From: Saprolegnia diclina VS20
Taxonomy: Eukaryota
Direction: 5' to 3'
Assembly: GCF_000281045.1 (NCBI RefSeq)
Contig: NW_008246069.1
Location: 168,122-232,121, forward strand
DNA: 64,000 nucleotides
In this document: one piece after another, positions 1 through 12,257 of the stretch
Position numbering within the stretch: position 1 is the first letter of the stretch
Layout: every line of letters begins with the position of its first letter
The notes under the pieces: model-generated
What the model was told of the DNA's origin: nothing
The model's database searches: none
Seen by the model: the letters and a program-made list of their open reading frames with translations, nothing else
Translations under genes and position numbers: made by a program

Positions 1-160
1 CAACGCATCGTTGGCGTCTTCGCCCGCACGCTGAGCGACATCGAGCGCAAAGACACAGCATTCAAGGTACATTTGCATCGGCGTCGTATCGGACCGATAC
101 CAATCGTATGAGAGCAAGAGGCCACAGAAATCGACTTCGAACATGTACTTTCACCATGTG

Positions 161-340
161 AGCTTCCACTGGGGCGATGGGCGTAATGCCGTCATTGTAC
201 TGCCGGATCCGGGTGAGGTGAGGCGGTTTGCTTACTACGAGTCGAGATCTCGAATGCTAGTTCTACGACGGCTCGCAAGATACACTCCTTCGTGAAAAGG
301 TCATTTCGTCCATTGTACGCGCGCAAAACACCAGAAATTG
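161..340. repeat. Dispersed degenerate repeat, copy 1 (copy 2 at 41921-42100)
   Basis: About 180 bp aligns by eye with 41921-42100 (shared blocks gggcgtaatgcc, gggtgaggtgaggcgg, gtcgagatct.gaatgctag.tctacgacgg.tcgcaagatac, gtgaaaaggtc, tacgcgcgcaaaacacc). Confidence 0.8.
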
Positions 341-1297
341 CACTGCAGTGAACCCTCGCAGAGTCTCAAGCTGTAATTTTGGGTTTTGCCTCGTTCGGTT
401 ACTTGTTTTCATTGAGATGGGAGAAGGGTTGCGGCGTGGCAGCGACGTCGACCTCATGCTTGATGGTGTCGAAGGCAGGTCCTCTTCTCTATCGGCCTGG
501 ACGATCGACGATCTCGCCTTGAGGATGNNNNNNNNNNNNNNNNNNNNNNNNNNNNNNNNNNNNNNNNNNNNNNNNNNNNNNNNNNNNNNNNNNNNNNNNN
601 NNNNNNNNNNNNNNNNNNNNNNNNNNNNNNNNNNNNNNNNNNNNNNNNNNNNNNNNNNNNNNNNNNNNNNNNNNNNNNNNNNNNNNNNNNNNNNNNNNNN
701 NNNNNNNNNNNNNNNNNNNNNNNNNNNNNNNNNNNNNNNNNNNNNNNNNNNNNNNNNNNNNNNNNNNNNNNNNNNNNNNNNNNNNNNNNNNNNNNNNNNN
801 NNNNNNNNNNNNNNNNNNNNNNNNNNNNNNNNNNNNNNNNNNNNNNNNNNNNNNNNNNNNNNNNNNNNNNNNNNNNNNNNNNNNNNNNNNNNNNNNNNNN
901 NNNNNNNNNNNNNNNNNNNNNNNNNNNNNNNNNNNNNNNNNNNNNNNNNNNNNNNNNNNNNNNNNNNNNNNNNNNNNNNNNNNNNNNNNNNNNNNNNNNN
1001 NNNNNNNNNNNNNNNNNNNNNNNNNNNNNNNNNNNNNNNNNNNNNNNNNNNNNNNNNNNNNNNNNNNNNNNNNNNNNNNNNNNNNNNNNNNNNNNNNNNN
1101 NNNNNNNNNNNNNNNNNNNNNNNNNNNNNNNNNNNNNNNNNNNNNNNNNNNNNNNNNNNNNNNNNNNNNNNNNNNNNNNNNNNNNNNNNNNNNNNNNNNN
1201 NNNNNNNNNNNNNNNNNNNNNNNNNNNNNNNNNNNNNNNNNNNNNNNNNNNNNNNNNNNNNNNNNNNNNNNNNNNNNNNNNNNNNNNNNNNNNNNNN

Positions 1298-2610
1298 ATC
1301 GCTCGACAGCATCGAGGTCGTGGCCGTGACCGCATCCAAGAGTTGCCACGGCACCTACGTGGTCTTGATACTTTGATACACGCTTGAAACATAGTACCTT
1401 GTAGTGCAAGTGCTGCACGAGCTTTTCTTCAAACGTGTCGGCCAAGTCGTCAAAGACTTGACGGACGTACGCCTTCTCGCTGCTCGTCGCGTCGCCCTGG
1501 AGCGCAGCGAGTGCGTGGGCCGCGCGAAGGTGCGTCGGGTGCAGGGCGACGATCGCAGCGTACCCGGCCTTTACGAGGTCGGGCTCTTGCGTAAAAAACA
1601 CAGAGCTACCATCTTCCTCTCAGTTGCCTGTGTTTGTCCATGGAGCGCACCGCAGCACCGAGTGGGCGGTGGCGTCGCTCGGGTCAACCTCGATCACGCG
1701 CAGCATATAAGGAATGGCGAGCCGCGTTTGACCTAGCTCGGAAAGTTCGTGCATCCTTCTCGGCACATGCGAAGAACACACCCATCGTATGCAAAATGAC
1801 GGCGAGGTTGAAGTTGCTCTTGATGCAACGCGGGTCGAGCGCGAGGACGTCCGAGAATATGCACGCAGCGCCGTGGAAGTCCCCTTCGTCGTACATGATG
1901 TTGGCGTTCCGGCGCATCTCTTGAAGGAGGCGCGAGTCCGCAGGCGGCAGCGCCAACCGCGGCGTCAAGAGCTCTATTTGGACTGTATAGCAATCCTCCA
2001 GTAATCGATCAGCAATGAACCTTGGAGCAGCGCGCGGCCATCGGACGAGCAATGCGGGAGCGTCTAGATAGCGCCAGGATGGTTGCATTGTCAACTTGGC
2101 ATGGACTCTACCTCGGGCGTGAGCGGCTGCAGCGTTGCGCCATCCAGCACGCGGATCTGCGGCACGCTGTCGATCTCAAAGTGGCGGTACAAGGTCACAC
2201 GCCTGCACGAGACGCCATTAAGGACCTAATCGCGCACGCGCATAGTACTCGTCTTGGCAATGATACGGCAACACTTGCGCCCACGACGCCAGCCACTCGA
2301 CGTGTTCTACACATTCGGTCAACGCACGTCCATGAAGAGGGTAGTCGGCGTACCTGTGAAGCGCACTTGGTCGAGCTCGGCCGACACAAACAAGACGGAC
2401 GCGATCGCATGCTTGGTCACGAGGTCGTGGAGGCCTTTGAGCACACGCTCGTTGTGCGGCTTCGACCACGACGCGGAGAAGACGAGGATCATCGGGTGCG
2501 ACGCTGCATACTCCATGAGCCCCGTACAGCATCACGCATGTGTATCTACCTGGCGCACCGTCGGCAGGTCGCGTCAGGTACGGCGCAAGGATCGCTTGGA
2601 CCGTCGCCAT
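1298..2610 (-). CDS. Thioredoxin-like + TPR + predicted SAM methyltransferase (COG4976-like) fusion protein; 3' end lost in the N-gap
   Basis: ATG 2610. Introns (e.g. 2504-2549, 2064-2111, 1974-2020) splice in frame: MILVFSASWSKPH...LFVSAELD...LYRHFEIDSVPQIRVLD (nucleoredoxin-like), then TPR helices (YDEGDFHGAACIFSDVLALDP), then AYVRQVFDDLADTFEEKLVQHLHYKVP, the typical start of TPR-associated methyltransferases. Confidence 0.75.
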
Positions 2611-2875
2611 TGTCGTCGATTTTCAAAGTGGCATCGTATCCGGACGCATCCGGTTTTATGGCACAAGATACCGCCACAACTTGCCCAACACGGTGGTGAC
2701 CAGCAGGCCACGACAATGGTGCGCTTCGCACAGCGTCCCTGTCGCATCCATCCAGACACTGCAGTCGACCGTTGTGCTTGGTAACATGGAGGCTAATACC
2801 GCTGTGGTGAGCCACGCAACATCCTTCCATTCAATGTCACACTGCGAGTCTCGTCCTTGGCGACGCTCTCACACA

Positions 2876-4201
2876 TTATGCATGTTCCTGGAGCTTTTGC
2901 AGCATAATATCACGCACGACAAGGATCATCTTGGGGTTGGCGAACAATTGACACATCTAGATTCCATACAACGTCAAGAAGCGCAGGAGGAGGCAGCACG
3001 CACCGTCTCATGCAAGTGGCGCTCGACGATATCCTCGCGCGCTCCTAGCCCCTTGGCTTGCAGCGCACGGCCTCGCTACATTACACAGGTCATTGCGCAG
3101 CGAAGCGCGGTGTTTGTGTTACCTGCGAAAGATGCTGCATGAAGGCAATGTACTTGGTGTTGATGAGGTCGACAGTCGCCGTGTCGGGATGCAGTCGCGT
3201 GGTTTGTGTCGGGACGCTCACACGCGCAGGCAGGGCGCCCGCTATCGGCTCTTGCAAGATGCTTCGACACTGCTCCCGAAGCAGCGAAAGGACGAGCTCG
3301 ATCAAGAGCCCGGAGGCGTCGTCCACAGTGCGCGTCACTGGCGCCGCGTTCGTGCCGCCGCAACAGCACATGGACGATCGACATACATCATAGTAGAACG
3401 CATCAATGCCTGCATCCTACACCGTCACATAGTGCCCATGCCCACAAGAAATGACAAATGTAATACCATGGGCGCGCGAGGGGGCATCGGCGGCGGTGGC
3501 GACATTTCCGACGTGTCGCTGGTCGCCGGTCGGACGGCACTTGCATCGTCCAGCGCGGCTTCGTCACGTAGCGTTTGCAGCCGAGGTACCTCGTCCGGAC
3601 ACTTGTCCTTCAGATGGATTTCGTAGTCGTCTTTCGCATCCACCGACGTATCGTCCTTGTCTCCACAGTCCCATTGCATTCGATGCGTGTCGTCGTCGTG
3701 CGTCACTAGACCACGATCGTCGGCGCCACCGTCCTCCACTTGCTGCGGCTGGGTATCCTCGTCGTCGACACCAAGAGGTGCTTCGCTTCCCGGTGCGTCT
3801 GGCGCCTCGTAGTTATCGCCTTCTCTCCACGGGCTCTCGACACTGGACTCGAAGGCGTCGTTTGAGTAACCCACGTCGTCGGCATGGAGCGGTGGCTCGT
3901 CGCTCGGTCTATCTCTGCTCGGGCTCTCGCGACTCGCTTCAAAGCCATCGTCCGAATAGCCCAGGCCCGGATCATCGGTGGCGGGTTTTGGGTCAAAAGT
4001 ATCGTCCACGTAGCTTTCGTGGCCAAGCGGCTCGTCCGTGGGCCCGGCTTGGCCATCGGTTGCTACGACAACGGCGTCGTCGCCGCTCGAAGCTGACGGA
4101 ATACTCGACGAGGCGCTGGGCGAGACAGGCGGCACGTCGGCTTGCACTGGCAGCTCTGTCGACTCAAACTCATCAAAGGACGAAAAGCTGTACTCATCCA
4201 T
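2876..4201 (-). CDS. Hypothetical protein with acidic low-complexity N-terminus
   Basis: ATG 4201 opens a long Asp/Glu/Pro-rich exon. Later exons joined by short GT-AG introns end ...MLQKLQEHA* (TAA 2876-2878). No recognised domain. Confidence 0.6.
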
Positions 4202-4244
4202 CGCGCAACCTTGCGTGCAGTTACATCCGCCCGCAACGATCCGA

Positions 4245-4293
4245 CGACGCGTCTATCCAGTATCCAACGACGTGTCTATCCAGTATCCAACGA
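4245..4293. repeat. 23-bp tandem duplication cgacg(c/t)gtctatccagtatccaa x2
   Basis: Directly visible, with one mismatch, ~45 bp upstream of the ATG at 4201. Confidence 0.9.
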
Positions 4294-4437
4294 AATTGCC
4301 GTATGCACCACATTGCCGTATCCAAGATCCACCCACTTTGCCTTTGTGTATCCTCCTATCGAAAGCCATCGACAAACCTTGGAATGGACAATATGTCTTG
4401 TATCTCTACGACGGACTTTACTTAGACGGTGCCTTGT

Positions 4438-5610
4438 TTACAGCGCGGACGGGCCCGACCAGTGTATCACTTGGCTCAAGGGCGTCGGGGTAAACCGCGT
4501 CGGTCGATGAAAGGTTATCGCGTAAAAGGCATTTTCGATCGCGGCGACGACCCGGGCGAGGGCGTTGGCGCCGGCACCGACGTTGAAGAGGCCGCACTCG
4601 CTCAGGTCCGAGGGGTCGTCGAGCACGAGCCGGGGCACGGGGAGTGCGCCCTTCATCGTGGGTGGCACAAAGTACTCGCGCGAGAGCAGTCGGCCTTCGT
4701 CGTCGATGCACCACGTGATGCACGTCATCGTGTGATCAAAGACGGTACCATAGTACTCGAGAAAGCCCAGGACCGCCTCGCCGACGCTCTGCTCGGGCGG
4801 CGACGTCAACAGGTAGTGCAAACAGAGCAAGACGAGCGCATACGAGCTCAGGCCGCCAAGGAACGCATTGTTGAGGCCCTTCTCCCGCAGAAACGACTTG
4901 AGCACGAGCACGAGTGGGTACATTTGGACCATGGACGCGACGCCGGCGCGGACGACCTCAGTCGCGCGGAGGCCCTGGCGCGTGTGCGGTGTCTCAACAG
5001 CAATGTCGATCTGGCGCCCCGAGCCAACGACATCGAGCTTGATCACGGGCACTTTAGTGCCGACCACGACGGCGCGAGCAACCCAGTCTTTCGTGAGGAG
5101 GAGGCTCAAAATGATGTCGAGCTGGTCGACTTGCGCCTGGTAGTCGTCGCTGAGCGTCGCCTCGTCGTCGATGATGCCCTGGATGACGACATCAATGTCG
5201 CTCGACGGCAGCCAGAGACCGCTCGCAAACGACCCAAAGCACGTGGCCGTCGCGGTCGGCCACTTGGTCTGGACGCACGCCGTGAGCTGTGCGAGGCTCG
5301 CATCAATGTCGACCTGCGCGAGCTTGACGGCGCTCTGCGTGTGCTCGACAAACCGCCCAATCTCGATCGTGAGCCGGTCCTTGAGCGGCGTCGTTGGGTC
5401 CAGCATCACGTCGAGGTCCGTCGGCGCGCTGAGCCACACGGGCAGCGGCAGCGGTCGCTTGAGCGCGGGTGCGGGGCACCGCCGGGGTAGGCCCACGTCC
5501 TCTGTCGGGAGGTACTGCACCTGCGGCTTGCGCTGCTGCTCTTGCATGCTGCACTTGTTGTTACCCACGTCGTCGTTCCGCTCCAGCATCGTCGAAGCAG
5601 ATTCAGCCAT
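4438..5610 (-). CDS. Non-canonical poly(A) polymerase / terminal nucleotidyltransferase (TRF4/PAPD5-like)
   Basis: FGSFASGLWLPSSDIDVV catalytic motif, KVPVIK, LVLVLKSFL...GGLSSYAL, FLEYYG and a PAP-associated tail (LDDP...NVG). Start codon uncertain (ATG 5610 or 5694). Confidence 0.88.
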   Translation of the reverse strand: MAESASTMLERNDDVGNNKCSMQEQQRKPQVQYLPTEDVGLPRRCPAPALKRPLPLPVWLSAPTDLDVMLDPTTPLKDRLTIEIGRFVEHTQSAVKLAQVDIDASLAQLTACVQTKWPTATATCFGSFASGLWLPSSDIDVVIQGIIDDEATLSDDYQAQVDQLDIILSLLLTKDWVARAVVVGTKVPVIKLDVVGSGRQIDIAVETPHTRQGLRATEVVRAGVASMVQMYPLVLVLKSFLREKGLNNAFLGGLSSYALVLLCLHYLLTSPPEQSVGEAVLGFLEYYGTVFDHTMTCITWCIDDEGRLLSREYFVPPTMKGALPVPRLVLDDPSDLSECGLFNVGAGANALARVVAAIENAFYAITFHRPTRFTPTPLSQVIHWSGPSAL

Positions 5611-6500
5611 GTGGTCGCGTCTTTTTATCCAATCCGAAACCTTAAACGCGCGCTTGAATGGGTGGCGCCAATCAAATGTGCGATCGTGTCGCATTTTAGC
5701 CAATCACAACACTGCAAGGTAGAACCCGGGGCACGGCGGCGGCTGGTGTCTCGGAGATGCTGCCAAGACAATGCGACGAGAACAGCATGCAGCTTGGCCG
5801 CAAAAGCGACCTTCGACTAACTAACTCAGCCACAGTGTACCGGTTCTTTGCCATGCTCAGTACATCGCAAGCACCAATGCATCGTGATTGCGATCAAGAT
5901 CGCCCACCGAAGCGTCCCTTGGTCTGACTCTTTTCTGCCTGCTGCTTGTCCTGCCTTGGTGCCAGCGCTTCAGTAGAGCGCCGAAGAGAGATGAAATGCA
6001 GCGGTGCTATCGTGGTGCTATCTATCTCATCGCTGTAGGCGATCGCTGGTTTCTGTTGAGCCACGGCTCTGCACGTTCTTGATAACTTGATACTTTCACT
6101 GGTGCCACACAACCGCGAGCTCCAGCGCGAGGCTTCCAGTTCGCTACCGGTAGACCAAGGGAATAATAATCATTCCTTGACTAGACGGACATCAGCTACT
6201 AGTACTAATTAGCAAGAAGTGTCTAGAAGATGTGCGGCAGCATGCATCTTAAAGCAACGGGCAGAGACTCGCTGCGGGGATGTCGAGCGTGTCGCCAGCA
6301 TGCTTGTATTGCGTTGGGTCACGACGTTTTACTCGTAGCGAATTCATATAGGACCACACGCGTTTGGATACCTACAGAGCATAGAGCTGGTGCTGCTAGG
6401 ACACTAGCACCGACCGTCTCCACGGAGTGGTTGTACTTGATTGGACAATTCAGCTTTCAATGGGACTCGTATCCGAAAACCATCCGGATAGACGCGATCA

Positions 6501-8284
6501 ATGGAGACGGCGTTGGCCCAGACGAGCGACCACGGCGTCGCCGAGACCGCGTTCGATGCCATCCACTGCAAGATGTACATGCCTATTCCTTTAGGTAGTA
6601 CTTACGTGGCGCCTCGTAGGTCGGCCGTCAAGCAAGGCTACTTTTCAGATGACTTTGTTGGCCTCTTTGGCCGCAAGCCCACGCGCCGCATTCCTCTCGT
6701 ACGACTTTGCATCTGCTGTCACTCGACCAGCATCACACGCTTCGTCCTCTGCGTAGATCCATCGCGGCTACTACCTCCGGCACGTCGCTGTCGAGGCGGC
6801 GGTGAGCCTCTTCCTGTCGCAGCGAGCAACGTCGACGACGCCAGTCCAGATCCTCTCGCTGGGCGCTGGCTTGGACACGCTCTTCTTTCGCCTCCAACAG
6901 CAGCATGTAGCCCACATCTCCATGTACGAGGTCGACTGCAGTGCCATTACGGACCACAAGATCGACGTGATGACGGCCAAGATGGACCACCTTTTCGGCA
7001 AAACCTTTACACCAACAACCTCGGCCCATACGCTGGTGGCAACGTCGCCTACGGCCAAGTACGTTGCTCTTGCGTGCGACCTCGGCGACACGACGGCGCT
7101 CACTGCGCGCTTGACGGCGCACGGCTTGGATCCCTCGCAGCCAACGCTAGTGCTCGCCGAGTGTGTGCTGGTATGAATTTCAAGCGTGAACGATTGTCGA
7201 CTCGAACGGCGTAGGCGTACTTAGCACCAACTGCGCGGTCGGCGCTACTGGAGTGGGCATCGACGCTCCTCTATGACGGGCTTTTCGTCGGCTACGACCC
7301 GATTGGGCTCCCAACTGCGTTTGGGCGTCAAATGTACGGGTATTTCGCGGCGAAAGGCTGCGACTTGCGCTCGGCCAAGGCGCTGCCCAGCGTCGACGAC
7401 CAAGCGACGCACTTTGCGGTCCACGGATGGCCGAATGTCCGGCTCTACAATATGAATGCCGTCTACCGCCAACTTGTCGATGCGACCGAGCGCCAGCGGT
7501 ATTGTCGACATTTTGAACGAGCGCCGAGGACGACAAAGTGAGGCACATGTGGTATTAGGATCGAGGCACTCGAGCCGTTCGACGAGTACGACGACTGGAT
7601 CACGTGCAACCACCACTATGGCCTGACGCTCGCGTGCACGGGCGCCATGGACGGCGGCTCGGTCTGCGCCAAGGCACTTGGTCGCTGGCCCCGCCTGACG
7701 ACGCACCTCCATGACGCGGCGATGCTCGATACGTACACCAACGGCGTCACGATCCGCCCGTTCCGGCCCTCGGACCAGGACGCGGTGCGGACCATTTTCG
7801 AGTCGACGCTCGACGAATACGACCACAAGTCGGTGCGCAAGCTCGTGGCGCATCAGCTCAACACGGAGCTCGCCGACGTCGCAGCATCGTACCTCGCACC
7901 TGCCAAGACGTGCTTCTGGGTGGCTGAGCGCGGGATCGAGTTCCTTGGCTGCGTCGGCGTCAAGCCTTTCAAGGACGACAGCATCGCCGAGCTCGTCCGT
8001 CTCCGCGTCGCCACGTACATCGATCGTGTCCTCGTTAAACGTATCTCATATCGTGGCGCTTGCGTAGGCGTGCGCGCCGCCTTGGCGTCGCCTCGCGGCT
8101 CGTGGCCACGCTCGAATACTTTTGCCGCGACGTTGGGTACCGTGCCGTGTACCTTGAGACGCTCGAAGCGATGGAGGCCGCACAGGCCTTCTACCTGCGC
8201 CTGGGCTACACGCATCTGGGGTCGGTTCGCGTGGGGAAGCCGCCCTCAGACTTTGGCCTCGAAAAGTTTCAGCGCGACCTGTAG
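6501..8284 (+). CDS. LCMT1: Leucine carboxyl methyltransferase (LCMT1/PPM1-like) fused to a C-terminal GNAT acetyltransferase
   Basis: Spliced: KSAVKQGYFSDDF, IHRGYYLR, QILSLGAGLDT, PTLVLAECVLAYL, FGRQM, ERQRIEALEPFDEYDDW...HY. The same exon runs on without a stop into TIRPFRPSD...FWVAE...ELVRLRV|RRLGVASRLV...AQAFYLRLGY. Confidence 0.88.
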
Positions 8285-8312
8285 AGCGTGCAGAAAAGAG
8301 AGGATAAACTTG

Positions 8313-9117
8313 CTATTCGAGAGGCTTAAAGTCAAAAAGGGCGTTTGTCGGACCATCGCGGGGCAGCGACAGCGTCGCAACGCGCTGCTCTTGGTTGGAG
8401 ACGCGCGGTCGGACCTTGGGTGACCGCCAGCCCGACTCGGGGAACCGTCGCCGCCAGATCGTCGACGATGGCGGTGCAAGGTGTAGCCCGTCCTCGGCCG
8501 CCGCCTTCTCTGGCTTGTGCAGCAATGGAACCTCGTGGTTGTTGTTGTTGGTCGCGCGACGCCGCCAGCGCTCGGGCGCGTGGACGTCATCGGCAGGGTG
8601 GTTCGTCGGGCGCATTGGCTTGTAAAAAGCTGGAATGAACAAAATTAGAAACAGAAACATGCTCCGCAGATCCGACGCCTTATCAGTGGATGTCGTTACG
8701 ACCTCGAGAGCGCCGGACGCATCCTGCGTGCGATGCCATCGACGCCGTGCTCCTTGAGCATCCGAGACAATATACTCGATCATCCCTCGGTGTCCGTCCA
8801 TCCGGATGGCACAAGTGCAATCTCAAGTGCAATGTGACCAAGACCGTCACATGTGTATTAGTACACCGCGCTGCACACTGGCGCTACACCGCCGCTGGCG
8901 CTACACCGTCTACCGTCTCAACTGGCCGTCGCCGCCAGTGTTTTGTCACGATCGACGTCACATCTCATGCAAAGACAAAGTCGCACCAATGGCGAGGTGG
9001 GCCCACGATTGAGCGCATGTAGCTCATCCTACAGCAGTGGATAGAGACGGGTCTGTCGTCGAGAGGAGTTCGCGCGGCTGGCAGCCCAAGCCTGGCGACT
9101 TCAAGCACGTCTTCCAT
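8313..9117 (-). CDS. Possible spliced hypothetical protein
   Basis: Coding-like terminal exon ending ...NALFDFKPLE* and a candidate ATG at 9117. Internal exons not resolved. Confidence 0.35.
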
Positions 9118-9464
9118 GTTGTTCGTTCCACCGGCGCGATCTTCAACTGACCAACACTCCGTCGCCGTGTTCGATTTTTTACCGCCAGGTGGTAGCCTTT
9201 CTGGTACCGTACGTACATTCTTGTATTGTGTACGGTACGTCTTCATGTTTGTATGAACGTACGTCATGTACGCCCAAGGCTGGGTCTGGCGTTTCGAAAA
9301 ACCAAGGAGCTGACCAATCACATGACTGGATGCTGGAAATTTCGAAAATGCTTCTTTTCACAGCATGTTTGTATGATATACAAAGAATAAGATATCGCCC
9401 AACGCAAACCTCCTCGCTTTTCCCCAGTTTCCGATTTTCGACCATCTACCCTTCCAGCAGCAGC

Positions 9465-10388
9465 ATGACGGCCGTCGCTCCTTCGGGCTTTGCCTTCACC
9501 TCGAGCCACGTCGAGTCGCAGATCGACCTCTCGCTCGATGAGCTCATCAAGCAGCGCCAGGTCGCGGCCAAGGAGGCCAAGGTACATGGCAGTGGGCATC
9601 GACGTGGGAGGCTCATGGGACGATACATGTAGGCCAAAGACGCATCGCCGACCAAGAAGAAGCAGGACAAGAAGCAGGTCAAGGCGACCGAGCCGCAAGT
9701 GAAGAAGACGAGCGCCCGCAAGAAGCGCAACAAGAAGGGCAAGAAGGCAGCGGGCGATGAAATCGTCACGATCCAAGTGCCCAAGGCGGTGGCCGAGAAG
9801 CTGGCCAAGGAAGCGGCCACGGCGCAGGCGCCGGAAGGCGGCGCGGCCAAGAAGAAGCGCAACCGCAAGAAGGGCAAGAACGCGGACGCACAGAGCGGCG
9901 ACAATGCCCCGAAGGTCCAGCCCAAGCAGAACAACAACAACCAGGCCAAGAACACCAACAACAACAATGGCAAGAAGCAGGGCAAGAAGCAGAACGCCGG
10001 TCAGCAACAAAAGGGCGGCAACATCTCGCCCACCAACTCGGCCTCCAAGGTCAACACGTACGTTCCTTTTCTCTCGACGACACGATCTCATTGTGGATCG
10101 TATAGTAGCACCCGGAACGTCCTCTTCAACATCACGATGAACAAGAACCAAAACCCGGCCAAGAAGGGCAAGAAGTCGGATGGCGGCGCGGTGAAGCGAC
10201 TGCTGGGCGACCACCTCTCGGCGCTCACGCTCAACGACACCAAGCAAAAGAAGAGCACCAAGAACGGCAAGAAGAAGGCCAACAACGCCAACAGCAACAT
10301 GAGCAAGACCACCAACAACCAGGGCCAGCGGAATGGCAAGAAGCAAACCAAGTTTGTGACCAAGAAGCGCCAGTCGCGCAAGGCATGA
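9465..10388 (+). CDS. Lys/Asn-rich protein with an N-terminal UAP56-binding-like motif
   Basis: ATG 9465 and two short introns (~9582-9632, ~10058-10107). SQIDLSLDELIKQR resembles the MDMSLDDII motif of ALYREF/UIF proteins. The rest is basic and low complexity. Confidence 0.75.
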
Positions 10389-10443
10389 GCGCGCCATTTT
10401 TGTACTACCACTTGATAATATATTGCCACACTCGCTACCACGA

Positions 10444-11879
10444 CTACGGCTGTCCCTCGGAGGCGGCGAGAAAGCTCAAGTCGGTCACATCTCCCGGCGT
10501 CAGTTCCCACACCTCGGCGAGGTGCGCCTCGTTCCAGAACTTTGTCAAGTGGCGCTGGCCCGAGTCGCAGAGCATGGTGACCACGACGTGGCCAGGTCCG
10601 AGCTTCTGGGCTGCCCGCACGGCCGCCACGCAGTTCATGGCACTCGAGCTGCCGACAAAAATGCCTTCTTCCAGGAGCAGGTAGCGGGACATGTCAATGG
10701 CTTCTTGGTCGGTGACGCGGTACGCGTCATCGATGCGGGCCTTGGCGAAGTTGGCCGTGAGGCGGTCGATGCCAATGCCTTCGGCGATCGTGTCGTAGCT
10801 ACTCCAGGAAGGTGAGACATCGTGGCAGAGCCGCTTGAAAGGTACCGATGGCGCTTGACCGTGCGCTCCGACTGCTGCGGCGCGTAGCAGACGTTGTGGC
10901 GGACCTAGTAATAGCGCATACAGAGGGGCCCGTCGATATTAGTAGACAGCACCTTGTTGTAGAGGCTCGAGCCCGGCGGGTCGGCCAAAATGACTTGGAC
11001 GGCTGGGTTCTTCTCCTTGAGGTAGAGCGAGACGCCGGCGATCGTACCGCCCGTGCCTAATAAGCAGCAAGGTAGGAGAGGCAGAGCAAGAGAAGCACGC
11101 ACCTGCCGACATGACGTACGCGTCGACCTGCCCGTCGGTTTGCTCCCAGATCTCGCGGCCCGTCGTGTAGTAGTGGACGTCGCAGTTGGCAAGATTTTCA
11201 AACTGGTCGGCGAAATACCCGCCTCCAGATTCGCGTGAAAATGCGCACGGCTATATGCAGCGTACCTGGGATCTCGCTGGCGCGGCGCCGGGCTTGGTTG
11301 ACGTAGTGCTTGGCGTTGACGATCGAGGCCGGCTTGACAAACTCGACGGCCGCACCAAACTGCGTGAGCAGATCGCTCTTCTCCTTAGCTTGGTCGTCCG
11401 GCATCACGATGAGGCACTTGTAGCCCTTGGCTGCATGCACATCGTGATGACCAAGCGTTGTGTGCGCATGGTACCTCGGGCGATCAGGGCCAAGCTGATG
11501 CCAGTGCTGCCCGACGTGCCTTCCACGATGGTGCCGCCCGGCGATAAGAGGCCTCGGGCTTCGGCATCTTCGACAATGCCCTTGGCAACACGGTCCTTGG
11601 AGCTGCCGCCAGGATTGAGAAACTCCGCTTTAGCCTACGCACATACTGAGTGGCACGAGGTACAAGCATGCTAAAGTGTACAAGGATCGTGCAGCCCGTG
11701 GCGGCCGAGAGGCTCTTGAGCTTGACCAGAGGCGTGTTGCCAATGAGGCCCGAGTGGCCATCGCAGAGCTGGTCGGATCGGCGCTGCAGCTTGGCCTCCT
11801 TCTCACGCAGCGACCAGTGGGCCATGGCCGCGGCGACGAGCGCGACCGCCAGCAGGACGCCGGTCGTCGTCGACTCCAT
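10444..11879 (-). CDS. Cysteine synthase-like PLP enzyme with N-terminal hydrophobic anchor
   Basis: [74 protein letters not shown]; multiple short introns. Confidence 0.93.
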
Positions 11880-12257
11880 CGGTTCAAGGTGCAAAAGCCC
11901 AAATGATTGGCCGTTGCAAATTATAAAAAGCCAGCGCTAAAGCTATCTTGGTTCATGTATGTAAGGACAATAAACTGTAAACGCGGCATCTGCCACGGAT
12001 ATCCAAACAAGATTCGGCATCTTTGTGGGCTCGCAGCAAAAGCTGACAGCAAAGAGCCCATCAATGCAAGCCCGACCTGTACTGTATTCTACCGAGGCTT
12101 GACGAACGCAGCCGGTTGCTTTGGCCCCACTCATTTGCCGCCGACCCATCCACCTCTCGAGGCTTCGCACGTCCGACCTGGGTGCGCCGCTTATTTTCGG
12201 CAATCGCGGCCATCATCTGCCGAAAATTGAGCGATCAGTCACCAAGATCGGACGAGC

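Noticed and set aside
1..186. Possible 3' end of a plus-strand gene entering the window
   Set aside because: Too short to support; only a plausible exon-intron pattern.
263..1601. Long ORFs of 312-370 aa spanning the first gap
   Set aside because: They are artefacts of translating N-runs; the same applies to ORFs over the gaps at 40118-40217 and 43989-44160.
2108..2610. Stand-alone thioredoxin-like gene
   Set aside because: Canonical introns join it in frame to the TPR exons, so it is treated as one gene.
9318..10397. 359-aa very hydrophobic minus-strand ORF
   Set aside because: It is the antisense shadow of AAG/AAC-rich codons of the plus-strand gene.
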